Counted from the stretch's first letter, positions 26,601 to 39,800 are shown. The stretch is 64,000 bases of DNA from Neoechinorhynchus agilis (GCA_051530055.1 CM121342.1:8068691-8132690); one strand, 5' to 3'. The notes: generated by a model from the sequence alone, not told the origin. Made by a program: numbers and translations.

Positions 26601-28149
26601 TCATAGTTACATGGTGATCTTGAGTGACACCTCGTTCTATAATGGCCAATCGCATTCCTACGAGGACTATCCAATGTGTGACATCCTCGAAATGTGCGGT
26701 CGAGCAACCCACGACGCTCTCGTACTCACAGAACGGTCAAAAGCTGAATACCTCCAGAAATTCCTATACGATCCATTACCAATAGAATCACATTTGACGT
26801 CAGCGGCAGCGACTCAAGGCATTCACGATCATTTTAACGCAGAAATCGTTGCTCATACAATTGAGAGTAAACAGGACGCTGTCGATTACCTTACATGGAC
26901 TCTCATGTACCGAAGGATGACTCAAAATCCAAATTATTACAATTTAGCTGGTCTTACTCATCGACACCTTAGTGATCACTTGTCGCAACTCGTCGAAAGT
27001 GTCCTCAGTGACCTTGCCGAATGCAAATGCATCCAAGTAGACGAATTCACGTGCTCTCCATTGAACCTTGCAATGATATGTTCATATTATAGCGTCTCAT
27101 ATCGCACAATTGAACTTTTATCGCGTACCTTAAGTCCGAAAACTAAAAGCAGTCGAACGTTGCTTGAACTTGTTTCCAACGCTGCCGAATTCGACGATCG
27201 CCTTCCAGTACGCCATCGTGAAGATGTCATTCTTAAACAACTCACTCAAAGGCTACCTGAGACTTACACACCACCTAAAAATACCAATGATCCGATCCAT
27301 CTTAAAGCTCATGCACTCATATACGGATATTTGGCACGACTACAACTACCGGCAGAACTTGAACGAGACGCCGATTTCGTTATTGCACTTGGCGCAAAAC
27401 TTCTTCATGCTTCCGTTGATGTTCTTAGTTCGAGTGGATACTTGACATCAGCTTTAGTCGCCATGGAAACCGTACAGATGATCGTACAAGCAGTTTGGCC
27501 GGGATCAGGCGATTCAGGAGTCCTGAGACAAATTCCTCATTTCAATGAGGAAATAGTGGACAAATGTAGAGGAAAAGGCGTGTTTAGTGTATTTGATCTC
27601 ATGGAAATGGACGACGACGAAAGGTTAAAGCTTTTACAAGAAAGTCTTAGACCTCGGCAGGTGTCAGACGTGGCTCGTTTTTGTAATGCGTATCCGAACG
27701 TGGATTTCGGTATCATTGTCAAGTCCGTGAGTTCACAGGGAGATGTTGTCAGTGAGCTAAAGGTAGAAAGCGATGAAGACGAAGACGGAGTTGTAGAATG
27801 TATGGACGATGGGAGTGTTTGCGTGGAAGCGACACTCGAGCGGGAGCAAGATGACGAAGGTGAGCAGTTGGTGGTTGCTCCTTTCTTCCCAAATGAACTA
27901 AAGGATGAAGGATGGTGGCTTATTGTGGGACATCCACATTCTAATCGTCTTCTAGCCATCAGAAGAGTTTCCATGGGAAACAAAAGTCAAGTCAGAGTTC
28001 AATTGGATGTAGCTAACCCGTTGACACATGAAGATGGGTCACAAAATGAAACGGCGCAACTTAAAGTGTATCTCATGTCCGATTCTTATTTGGGATGCGA
28101 TCAGGAACACAAATTTAAAGTAACCAAAAGAAACCTCGCTAAAATTTGA
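20611..28149 (+). CDS. SNRNP200: U5 snRNP 200 kDa helicase Brr2
   Basis: [22 protein letters not shown]-terminus, [24 protein letters not shown], tandem helicase and Sec63 cassettes, C-terminal [13 protein letters not shown]. Four exons separated by three non-canonical inserts. Confidence 0.97.
21334..21502. mobile_element. hAT-like MITE inside the Brr2 coding sequence
   Basis: TIRs cagtggtgtccaacc / ggttgggcaccactg (14/15 match) flanked by the 8-bp direct repeat ttgtaaag (21326-21333, 21503-21510). Confidence 0.9.
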
Positions 28150-28259
28150 TTGTTCTAGCAAAAGAGTGCGCGTGAGTAACTCGAAAGTTGTAAAATCGAT
28201 TTTGTGTCAAAGACTGCCAAAATACCGATTTGTCCAATTTGCGATCATGTCTGCTTTGG

Positions 28260-28389
28260 TGACGTCATTCTTCCTTTTCATATTCTGACTGGAAAATGCG
28301 TCTAAATTTGTCGAATAGTGACGTCATTCTTCCATATTGGTGCAGTTCTGCCTGGAAAATGCGTCTAAATTTGTCGAATAGTGACGTCA
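28260..28389. promoter_or_regulatory. ~60-bp tandem repeat carrying three TGACGTCA (CRE/ATF-type) palindromes upstream of RNASEH2C
   Basis: TGACGTCA at 28260, 28319 and 28382. Function is inferred only. Confidence 0.4.
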
Positions 28390-28564
28390 TCCTTTCGTTC
28401 ATATTTACGAAAACGCCACGTTCTATGACATCGGCTGCGATTTGTACTTTCGGCCTGATACATTCGAAAAAAGTTCGTAGTTTGCTGATTTATTCTCTCT
28501 TACAAGTTTAAGGTGGCTTTTAAATGAGAAGCGCTTAAAGTATGCTAAAAAATCTTTTTAGAAA

Positions 28565-28950
28565 ATGAAAGATAGCAAAGTGCATTTTCTTCCCTGTCAC
28601 ATCGACTACAATGGTTCTACTGAAGTGGACGAGTTATTTTCGAGTAAAATAAAAGCTGGGGATGAAACTGAAGACGGTATCATGGAAGTGAATGAAGTCG
28701 GAGCGCCTAAGAGTTTCGCCTCTTCTAAAATCTTAGAAGCATTGACTATAACACATTCCGTGGGCGTCCGTTGGTTGGACGGCAATTGGCGTTACCCGAA
28801 GGTTGGACCGGTGTATTTATAGAGGAAGATTCAATGGAAGTAATATCCAAATTCAGCGAGTTCACTTATTGGAAATTAGACGAGAAAACAACGAACAAGG
28901 ACCACTTCGTCAAGATTATTGAGTTTTTGAACAAACAAAACCAAAGCTGA
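28565..28950 (+). CDS. RNASEH2C: Ribonuclease H2 subunit C (107 aa after removing 28691-28752)
   Basis: VHFLPCHIDYNG...GIMEV|TFRGRPLVGRQLALPEGWTG...FSEFTYW matches the family pattern (LHLLPC, SFRGR, F..FTYW). Confidence 0.85.
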
Positions 28951-29619
28951 TGTTCGGGTACGAATTTGGAAATTTTTTCATTTTGTATTTCGCAAAGAAA
29001 ATATATATTAAAGAAGGTAGAGTACAATATAGACTCCAAAATGCATTGTAGGAGTATTGTCGACTCCTTTTATTTTCATACGTTTTATTTTGATTATGTT
29101 TTTCTCGAATCGATTTTGAATGACTGTATCGACCTTTTATTGATTTTTCGAATGTCTACTAATGTCGATCAAACTATTTTTTAAACTAATTTTAATTTCA
29201 TATTATTGATCGCTAGCTTTAACTTACAAATTCTTGATTTAGACTAAAAACGTTATTGTAAATCTACCTTACTCGCGGAACAAAATCTTTCTTTTGACTT
29301 TAACATTTTTTTATCCCAAACTCAATCAATAGACGATCTAAATAGAGAGAAAATCCTTAAAGGATGATAGAGTTAGAGATGTACTTAAAAACGTATTTTG
29401 AATTGAGTGATATTTCGAAAGAGGAAGTCTATTGTTTCTTAAGTTTTTATGATCAAAGTTTGATGGGCGAAAAAAAATGGCCGGCACTGAAAGTCTTAAT
29501 TTTATACAAAGACCATCGATCGCATTTTCTGACAAACACAAAAGGTTCGAGGATATTTTCGGCATAACTATTTTTATTTTGAAGATCAGTTTGTATCTCT
29601 TTTGTCGAAAAAATCCAAA

Positions 29620-32600
29620 TTAGACGTGTCTGGACATGCTACGGCGATCTCCATTGCTCAACACGGACAATTCTCTATCAGTGGGTCTCGTGATATAATT
29701 AAACCTGCTAGCAGCTCGATACTTGCTGATCATGGCTTCAGCAGCTTCTAATCGTTGCTCAGCTCTTAGAAGGTCATCAGCCATGACTTTATATCTCGCC
29801 AGACTATGTGCAGCTTCTTGTTCGGCGCTATCAGCCTGTTTTCTGTAAACCTTCATCTTTTGCTGAAGATTCTCATTCAGCTCTTTGAGTTTCTCATTTT
29901 GATTTTCGATCACATCGGCCTGTGTATTTGGACGCTAAGCTTATAAACTTTAAAAAAAGATTACCTGCGTTAGAACTTCTCTCATTTTTCGCTCCATACG
30001 CCCAGTCGCACGATTCGCATCGTCCACTTGATGGTTCAACAATTGAATGTTATTATCTCTCTCAAGTAAACGGTCTTCAAGGTTCTGGATGGTCGCTTTA
30101 AAATTCCTAAAAGCCGTGCTCTCCGCCATTTCAGCCCTATTCTCCGCTTCTCCCAATTCTCTCCTCATTATACTCATGTCGGCGTCGAGTTCCTTCAAAT
30201 GCTTTTGCTCGAGATTAAGCTTTTCGTTCAGGGAATTGTTTTCAGAAGAAAGTTTCGTGCACCGTTCTTCTAAGACGTGCAATTCGGACAGTGTACCTTC
30301 GTGGTCCACCTGAAGTCGTGCCAACGCCCCATCCGAATGAGCCTTCTGATTTTCCAATATCCGTAAATGGGACACGAGTTCATTCCGAGCGACTGTGACT
30401 TTGTTTAATTCTAGTTGAAGATTATCAATCGCCTTTTCGTACAATAAGGCGTTTTCCTTTAACCGATCTACTTCCCCAATTAACGCTCTGTTCCGCTTGG
30501 ATGCCAAAGCTTCTAAGTCACGAGTTTTGTCATGTTCACGCCGTTCATCGTCCAACTGGTTTCGTAGATCCGATACTGTGCCATGAAGAGCATCCGCTTG
30601 GAGTTTCAAATCAGAAACAAGCTGCTGTTCTAATTCGAGCTCGTGGCGAATAGTGTCACATGCTGCTAAAGCGTTCTCTTTTTGAGTTAAAGCTTCACGT
30701 TTCGCCATAACCTCGGCTTCCACGTTCGCTTGCATCATTTCCAGCATCCTTTGTGAATTTTTCTTTGTTGATTCAATATCTTCCTGGAGATCTCTTAAGG
30801 CCATTTCGTATTCGTTTTTCATGTTGTCCAAATCGTTTAAAGAACCCTTCAAACGAATTTCATATTCGTCTTTTTCCATCATACAATCGTCGATCTTCAA
30901 CTTTAATTCGCCCTTCTCCTTCTCCAGTCGCTGTTTCATTTTCTCAAATTCAAAAACGCTTGTTGCGTTTTCTTCTACTTGCTCAATCAAATTCCGAACT
31001 TCATCAGACAAATTCCGATTCTCGCGCCTTAAAGATTCAATCTGGTCCTGGGCTTCCATATACTGATCCTGTTTTTTCTGAGCTTCGGAACTCATGTATT
31101 TGGCGTTGTTTTGAGCACCTGCCAACTCCAAAGACACACTTTCACACTTTTGTTTCCATTCCTCAATTAATCGATCGAATCTCTTTTGTTTCCTTTCCAA
31201 ATTTCCAATGGTTGTATTCGCTTTATCCACAGTGCCAATCAATTCTTCAACCTCTTGCTATAAATGCGCGCACGCACACTTTTAAGGGCTTCAAAAATTC
31301 TCCAAATACCTGCAGCTTCTCTTTTGACCGTTGTAAAAGAACACTCTTATTCGCTGATTGCTCAATCTGGTCTTCAGCCTCGACCAAACGAGTTTCGTAC
31401 TTGCTTCTAGTTTCCTCCATTTCACGCATACGCTCAAATCGTTCATTCTCGTATTTTTTCCTTAATTGTTCGATCTAATTAACAAGAGATACAAACATGA
31501 GAAGGTTTTTTCTTGAGCAAAAACTAACCGCATTATTTGCGCATACCAACTCCTTCTCGAATTCTCCGCGATTCTCCAATTCAATTTCCAACTGAGTCTT
31601 CACGGATTCCAACTCAACCACAGCATTTCGTAACTCGGCGGTTAAAGCAACCTTAGCCCGGTCCTCTTCGTTCAACTGATGTCTTGCGTTCTCCAAATGA
31701 TCCTGAAGAAGTTGTTTCGCCTAAAATTTGTGAGATTATATTAAACAATTAGCATTTAGACGTGTGGTTTAATCATAATCCTTCGGATAAAACGTATTGA
31801 AATATTTCGAAAGAGGAACAACTAAAATATCTTTCGAAATATCAGTGAATTCAAAATATTTTATATCCGGTGATCATGATTCGAGAAGGACTTTCGATGA
31901 TTTTGGATTTGTAATGACCTTCAACAACGAACTGATTTGATTACGATACTCTTCAAGGTCCGCATTAACTAAACGCAACTCTCCGTCGATCTTCTTCTTA
32001 GCTGCAGTCTGCTCGTCGAACCTTCGAGTGAGTGTCTCGATTTGCGCATTCGATTCCTCCAGATTCGCTTCCATTTGAGCGTTCAACGCACTCAGCTTCT
32101 CGCGCTCTTTCTCCATTTGTTCAATAACACCTTCAGCATGAACTAATTTATAACCAAGTTCATGAACCTCCTTGTCCAATCTCGCTTTATCGCTGTATAT
32201 CCCGTCTATTTGCTTTCCCATCTCTTCAACGGCTGCCTGATGTTTCTGTTTCAATTGAGTGATCGTCGTTTCGTGAATCTCCGATAACTCCCGCATATCA
32301 AATCGTAACTTTTCTAGTTCGCCTTCTCGTTTCCGAGTTATGTCACCGTGTGTAGCGTTCATTCGCTGACTCTCTTGTACAAAGCTGCTTTGCTTTTTAA
32401 ATATAATTTTTGCCATTAATTTTGATGTGTCTTCGACGGGGAAAAGATACTTCTTTTTCTTAGTTTTGTTAACCCGAGGATTTAAATTCACTGATTTATT
32501 TCAAGTCGGATTATTCTTACATTTTCCCGTGGATTCTCATTGTTGAAGTGTTTAATCCGAACATCGGAAATAAATCAGTGAATTTGGTGGCAAAACTAAG

Positions 32601-33876
32601 AAAAAGAAAACAAATTTTAATCTTCAACTTTTTATTCTTTTTCTATTTCAATTAACTCAAATGACATTGTAAAATTAAGTCTGAAGCGGACGCAAGAATT
32701 TTAGATTTACTCAAATTTTAATAATCTTCCTGAAATTTAAATCATTTTTACACTTTTCAGTTAGGTTCAAATCGAGAGAGAAATCCAATTGTTTATTAGT
32801 AAGACACAATTTTAGAATTACTTATTGCGATATTTTTCTATTAATTTTATTAATCACTGGCCCACTATAGAGGTGAATGTAATCTTACAGGAAGAAATAG
32901 ACTGCTGAAACTATGCGGAAATTTTTCTTGTTTGCTTATTTCACAGATCAGTCGATCGTTATTTCCTGAAATTTAAATGATAAAATTGTTACCAATACGC
33001 GAAACAAATTCGAATTCCCGAGAAGCAATGCTGCTTGTTTAAATTTTCATCCAATTCTCTTATTTCAATCTCATTTTCAGTATTCTTGCGTTCAATCTAC
33101 ACAAATCATAACAATCTTTTCGGTCAAAAACAGTAAAAAACTCACCTTTAATCTCAATTCTTTTTCCGTATCTAAGCGTTGCTCGAGATTTTCATATTCA
33201 GACTAAACCCGAGAAGAACTCGAGATTTGAGCTAAAATGTTTCGCTCACCTGCAAATCAGAATATCGTCTGTGCATATTTGAAAGTCCGATGGATTTTTC
33301 TTCTACAATTTCTTTAAGGCTGTTTATATTTTCGTCTTTATGTTTAATTTTGTTCTCAAGTTCAACGCGTCGTTTCTCAAAGTCTTCTCGTTCACTTTCA
33401 ATTGAACGTATTTCAAGTTCAAACTTTCGGTTGTTTTTAGTCGCAATACTCAACTGTCTTTTCTCATTTAAAAGATTGTCCTCTAAGTCGTTGATTGTCT
33501 GTTCAAGTTTAATCCTTTGTTGAACAAGCATGGAGTTCTTGTTTTGTTCGTTTACAAGGTCACTTCTAAGACTCGTGCACTCGGTTTCAATAGTTCGGCG
33601 CTCGGATTTAAGTCGTTGGACGGAATCAGAATTATCGGTCATCTCCCGTTTTACATCACTCAGAAGCTGATCACGTTGATTGAGTTGTCTCTGCAATGCC
33701 CTAATCTTCTCTTCCAACTCTTCAACCGTTCCATTTAGAGTTTCAATCTCAGAATAAAGTTCTGACTGCTGCCGTCGTTCCCCTTGAATTGAACGGTCAT
33801 CTTCGATTGTGCTCGTGTGCTCATCGCTGTATTCCTCTTCCATATCGTGTGCCAAACGAACAGTGTTTTCCTCCAT
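29620..33876 (-). CDS. Myosin II rod-like coiled-coil protein without a motor domain (paramyosin/myosin-rod-like)
   Basis: KLEQTINDLEDNL, RKREGELEKLR, KHQAAVEEMGKQID and LERKQKRFDRLIEEWKQKCE are colinear with muscle MHC S2/LMM. No head exons seen. Several GT-AG introns plus one non-canonical insert. Confidence 0.85.
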
Positions 33877-34053
33877 CTTTAATACCTTTGCTCCCACGTT
33901 TACGCGCAGACACTTATGCCTCTGACTTTCCGCCGCTAATATCTTCTCTTCCCTCCCCACCCGCGAAACCCATTGCCGAAGAATATATCTTTTTCCATCA
34001 CCCGCTCGCACAAACACGTACCTCACACTGAAAAATATTGTCTCTCTCTCTTC

Positions 34054-35726
34054 TTAGTTTGGAACTATCAGTTGCCAATCGGTCGGCATATTTCCTTCAA
34101 GAACACCTAAAGCACATCCAAATCCCTGGATCACGCTCATCGGATACCCAATGTCGCATAAGTACGATTGGGAGCATACTTTACCCAATCGAAAAACAAT
34201 CACACCTGATTTATCGTGCAATTGGAAATTCTTGGCTGATGAATACAACACTCGATTCCCATACCTAAGAATAAACGCGTTGTTGTCCCATATAGGCGCA
34301 ACCGTTTCCAACAATAATGTCCGAGGTGGAACTGACTTGATTTTGTCCCTTAATTCCACTTTATCCGTAAACATCAACTTATATTCACCTCTTGATCTTA
34401 ACTCGGATTTGAACCGGCGCCCATTCTGGTCAATGGCCGGTATTAGTACTCGCGTTGACCAAAATCGACCATACATCAGCGAATTCTCGTCGTGAGTTAT
34501 ACTGGCCTGCTGAACCTCGGTCCCTGAAGGTTCCATCACGTAAAGACCGGTCAGTCGCCACGTCATGTTCGGCTTAAGCCAACCGATTAATCGTTATTGA
34601 ACACTTTCAGACAATTAGGACCTACGGAAAAAATTTGATTTTTCGAAAGGATTTCTCTTAACCGGTGAAGGTGTAATGCGCCACACGACTAATTGTTTCG
34701 AATCAGTTGGCTGTGTGAACTCTTCACCGGTTAAAAAATGCTTTCGAAAATTCGAATTTCCCCCAATCCCGTAGGCTTTTAGTGCATTTCATCGCTACTT
34801 AATCGAATTTAGACAAATTTTCAAATATAAACTGGTTTTTAGAGTTTTTATAAGAGTTCACACAGCCCACCGATTCGAAACAATTAGCCGTATGGCGCAT
34901 TATCACTTCACCGGTTAAGAGAAATCCTTTCGAAAAATCGAAAATTTATTGTTTTTAAATAGAATAAATTCTGTGATTTCGAATCGGTTGACTGTGTGAA
35001 CGCTTATAAAAACTCTAAAAAACCCAACAAGCCACACGTATGAATTTTCCGTTGAAGGGTTAAATTTTTGATCTAAATTCGATCTCAAAACTAATCGTTA
35101 CGGACATTGATTTAAATAGCAATGATTTTTTAATTTTATTTAAGAATTTGCGTATATCAAACATTCGGCTTACTATAAGCGAGTTATAAAATGAAATTGT
35201 TGCCATTTCATACTAATGTTCAATAATTTCTGCTTACATATTTCGTATCAAACTCCATTAGTGAATCGTGTGAGTTCTCCGATATACAAATCTTAATCGC
35301 GCCCGAAACTGCATAACGTGTAGCCAACAACAAAGGATCCTTTTTATCCAAATCATCGCTTCGATAGAGGTAATAATGGGAGCCTAAACCCGATTTAGAT
35401 CGATGAATCACAAAGTTCACACAGTTTCCCTTGTTATTAAGAGGTTCGGTTACATCGAGATATCGATTGCTTAATTCCTTCTTTACAGCGAACGGATTAT
35501 TTGTTGAGAATAAAGGTCGACTTCGTCCATCAACGTTCGATTTGAACCTTAGTTTCTTCAATGCCTCGTCTAAGCTCGATTTAATTATACTCTTTTTTCT
35601 GCCAACATTGCTTTTGTGTTGTTCTTGTTCAAGAAACTGAGGTAGCGATATTCTTCGTGAATTGAGTGACTGTTGCTTGAACGCATCCTTAAAAATGATT
35701 TCGCTATCGCTTTCGTTTTTTCTCAT
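34054..35726 (-). CDS. Tubby-domain protein (divergent TULP)
   Basis: FVIHRSKSG...YYLY, Y-V-G-W-L-K-P-N (family YIGKLRSN), APIWD...FILRYGNRV..SSAKNFQL, FRLGKV, YPMSVIQGFGCAL. One insert at 34586-35235. Confidence 0.85.
34632..34947. mobile_element. MITE/foldback element with ~90-bp inverted arms nested in the tubby insert
   Basis: 34632-34725 is inverted by 34853-34947. A further partial copy lies at 34975-35030. Confidence 0.8.
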
Positions 35727-36899
35727 CGTTTTTTATGAATGTAACCCCAACTGAACAAAAACCTAAGATGAATGCAGAATCCATGAACACATTCATCGTT
35801 GACTCAGTCCTTTGAACTCGGTCGTGATTTTTACCAGAAGTGAATCAAAGTTTTCTTTTTTAAGGAGACTTACGTTGCTCAAAAGTAATCTCGGTGAAAT
35901 TCAAGCGACGGATAAGCCTTTTTCTCTGTTAAGCAAAATAGTATTCAATCAAACTCAGTCCGAATGAGACGTTCTTAAATTGTAAAATTTTGAACTGCAA
36001 ATTCACACACTGAAAAAATTAGAAATAGTTTTAAAGTTATCCAATGAGCTTCAAAAAGTTTTGTTTGATAGATATTCTGATTGATTGTCTTAGCTTGCAA
36101 AGTATCAAAAACCAAGCAGAAACGCAGGGCTATATTATTCGTAAATCGAATAAAAAACATGTTCAATAACGTGTCCTTGTTCGTATTTGAATCCATGAAT
36201 ATCGTCGTGTTCAATGGTTCTTTTTTATGTCCATCAATTTTCAGTTACAATTGAGGTTGAGGACGGCGAATGGTTATGTTTATATCTTCAAACAATGAAT
36301 TAGTGAAATTCTGAAAATCTAGTGCATTTTAGTGTTAAAAATTGTTCTGACAAATATTCATTTGTACGGTAAATCAACCAGCAATGCCAAAATCTATGAA
36401 ATATCTTGTTCTTTTCGATTATCGGAACAGAAATAGTAGGCTAAAAATTATAATCTTTCTAATAGTTGTCTAAGAACTTTCAGCACATTATCAAATATTT
36501 AGGTAAAAGACAATTATGAAGAGTGCAACGGTTTCGATAAATAAAAACGTTTTATTGCATCCATAAATCATTTTTAGGGGTTTGATTCTGATTTATTATG
36601 TTTTATAATTTAATATTCGCTTTTTAAGAATACAGAAAAGTACATTTGAGTGATCTAAGATTATGGCACAAAAATTCGCCTTTTTAAGAAACCATAAAAA
36701 GAATTGGCCTGCAAAAAGATTACGGCATCTAAGATCATTTTTAAGGAACTGAGAAGAGTGGACACTTTTAAAATAAGTCAAAAATCCATTCAACAACGCG
36801 AATGCTTTAAAATTGTGAGAATTTCATTCGGTTTTTCCTGTCGACTTAATCTACAAAAATTCGTCTAAAAATTTGATGGCACTTTTATTTTTGCAAAAT

Positions 36900-39800
36900 G
36901 ATAAAAATAAATCAATGTTAAAAAACGTCCGCCGCGAGGAGGACCACAGACGCCTCAACCAAGCGGTTACACGCATGTGCGCGCAATCGATCGTTGTAAA
37001 AAAAGTCTACTCCAAGGAGAAGCCTACTGACCCTCCAGATGAAGGGGGTGAAATTCACGAACCACAGGTTAGTGAATTGTGTGATAGTGGGACGGGGAGT
37101 GATGCCTCCGCCGTTATTGTTTTTCCCCCGGTATCCCCACAGCTTTTTGCATCTAATACTCATTCACAAAAAAATTGAAAATTTCATATTAAAATTTAAT
37201 AAAGAAAAGATGGGTAACAAAAGTAAATTTAATCTTATAAACTACTACGTAAAACACACATTAAACGAAGCTCAACGTAAAAATATGTTTTTTCCATTAA
37301 AAAACCTTCGAAAGCAAATTTTCAGTAATGATTGTTTTCTCAGACTACAAAGATGCTTTCATCAAGACATTAAATGAGCTAAATATTCCTTTTGAGGACT
37401 TGTCGAGGAGGGTCACTTTCCTTATGATGAATCCCCCACAAGACCTTCCCGCTGAGGAGCAAAAAATTATTGAGGTTGAGAACAAAATCAAACTTATTAC
37501 CGAAAAAACTCATCAGCCTATGCTTTTCTTTGCTCTGCCCCCTCGTCGAAATAGCCGACTCGTTATGTGGTGGGTATAAAAGATGTATTTTTTCGTTCTG
37601 GGTGACATTCACTAACTATAAAGACACCATCCAGGACTATAACTTAACCATTTGTCAGAGATGTGCCAGCTGGGCACTTCATCGCTGTGGGGGAGAACAT
37701 CTAAAGGCGAATTGCCCAAATCTCAAAACCCCATGCTATCCCAATTGCGGACTAAGTCACCAAACATATTCAAGATCACGTAGGGCGGCGACATCTTTTT
37801 TTGGAAAGCTGTCTGAAAACAGCCAGACAACCAAGAAAAGAGCTTAAAAGTGTCACAGTTACATTTGCACATGAACCCCGATCCAACGGAATGCAGCAAT
37901 AAACTTTAACAAATAGAAATTCACCCCAAAATATTTCGACCGAACATTGTTTTTTTAAACCTCTAATGGAGAGTGGTTCTCTTAAACCAGACTTGAAAAC
38001 CCCAATAAACCTCCCGATTCATTTCTTAACGAAACAAATGGAGATAAATTGATGCCAGTTTTATTCCAAGATTTGGAATCACTAAAAAAACCTAATTTTC
38101 ATACTGTTGAATGCTTTTAGGGTCAACGGCATTTGCAAAGATATACCCGCCAATTTACTAGACCCGGGTATTCCTCCGCAAGTTAACAAGCGTCATCCAT
38201 CCTCCGTAATTATGATTTTATTAAACCTAAGAAAGGACGAGCTAATATTTGATGAATTTTAGCCTTGCGACATACAATACATCAAGAGCCTTTTACTTAC
38301 CCAATCATATATTAGGAAAAATTTGAGAGGTTCTGCAAGACCTATTGTTTTTTCAAGAGACGGCCGTTGCATCTCATACAGTCTGATTCTTATAATTGTT
38401 TTAAACTGGACCAGTCACCACCAGCTAAAAAAATTAAATATAGGTTTTTCGGGAGGTTTACAATGTTTCATAAAAACGAAATGGAAGCCAAAATTACTTG
38501 AGCAGGAAAAAAACGAAATTTTTTCTTTCCAAGTTGTATCTATAATAAATCCTTTTTATTTCCCAGCATCAGGTACACATCTGATTATTGTAAATTTCTA
38601 TGTTACTCCCAGGAAGGTGTCTCACTTCCTAAAATTAAAATCTCATAGAATATCGATTTGGTACCCGGACTTGATATGCGGAGATTTCAACTCCAATTAT
38701 CTTTCAATCTTTTTTCAAGGACTACTCAAGCTGTATCACTAAATTCCCATAATTCCACAATTATTCAAAGCAGTCTCATTCTTTTCTAGACGGATTCTTA
38801 ATAAAAAAGTCTATTCCGATTAATATGTACCCCACTGCTCAACCTCAAGTTCAGCAACGTATGGGACATGATTTTATACTATTTGGATATAAAGCCCTTG
38901 ACTTAAAGGACCGAATTGTTATCAACCCCAACTCAATTTTACATTTTAACGTCAAGTTGACAATGGGATTGAAGGCTAAGAGAAAAATATTACTCAAAGA
39001 TCTAAACGATATGATATTATCAGCAGCCGACTCTTGTTTAATTAAAAAGGGTTTCATTCACAGAACATTTGCCTCCAAGGAAGCCAATATAATATACAAG
39101 AGGGCTATTATAGCCAATTTAAATAATGAGGGAACTGAATACAAAATTATGATGTCTCAATTTTACTCAACAATTCACAAAGAGGAAATGGAGAGGGATA
39201 AAAATGTACTATTTTTATGCAAAACCTTTTCTAAACCTTTTTGGAATGTTATTTTAAAAAATAAAATAGTTAATTGGAAAACTAAGCCAGCGTCTTGGAT
39301 TGGATCCGCCTCTTATCCAGAAGTTATCAAATTAATTTTGACTGCACACACTTTCTCTACTTTTACTAATCAACCAATCATCATTTTGCAATACAAAAAC
39401 TTTGCATGGAACATAAAATTAGAGGAACTTTTAAACGCATGGAAATCAAACCCGTCAAGAGCGAATAATTCATTCGCTGTTTCCCCTTCCATCTTTTCTT
39501 GTGTCTCCAAAGATAACAAATTATTATTTTTACAATGTTTTAACGATAAAATCAACACTAAGGATCTATTATCTATCAATAAAGCAAGGAAAATATTTAT
39601 CCCAAAAGCGAAATGTAGGAAAATTTCAGATCCCTCACACATTCGAGTTGTATTGATCCAGAATCTTTTAATATCGTGCTTGGAAACATATAATTAACTT
39701 TAAAGTCATAAACAATCTCTTGAAAAAAACGGGTTCATTCCTGGTAGAGGAGTACACACTCTTTTATCATCCCTTCAATCCTACAATGAAAAGTACACTT
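36900..39800 (+). mobile_element. Degenerate two-ORF LINE (I/Jockey-like): gag with Cys/His knuckles, APE, start of RT
   Basis: CQRCASW..HRCGGEHLKANC...CYPNCGLSH knuckles, GGLQCFIK, LICGDFNS, KCRKISDPSHIRVV and NGFIPGRG-like motifs. Frameshifted and 3'-truncated. Confidence 0.7.

Noticed and set aside
31722-31919. Myosin-rod intron containing an internal inverted repeat
   Set aside because: It has in-frame GT-AG ends, and the IR is internal rather than terminal, so it is a canonical intron with a small MITE.
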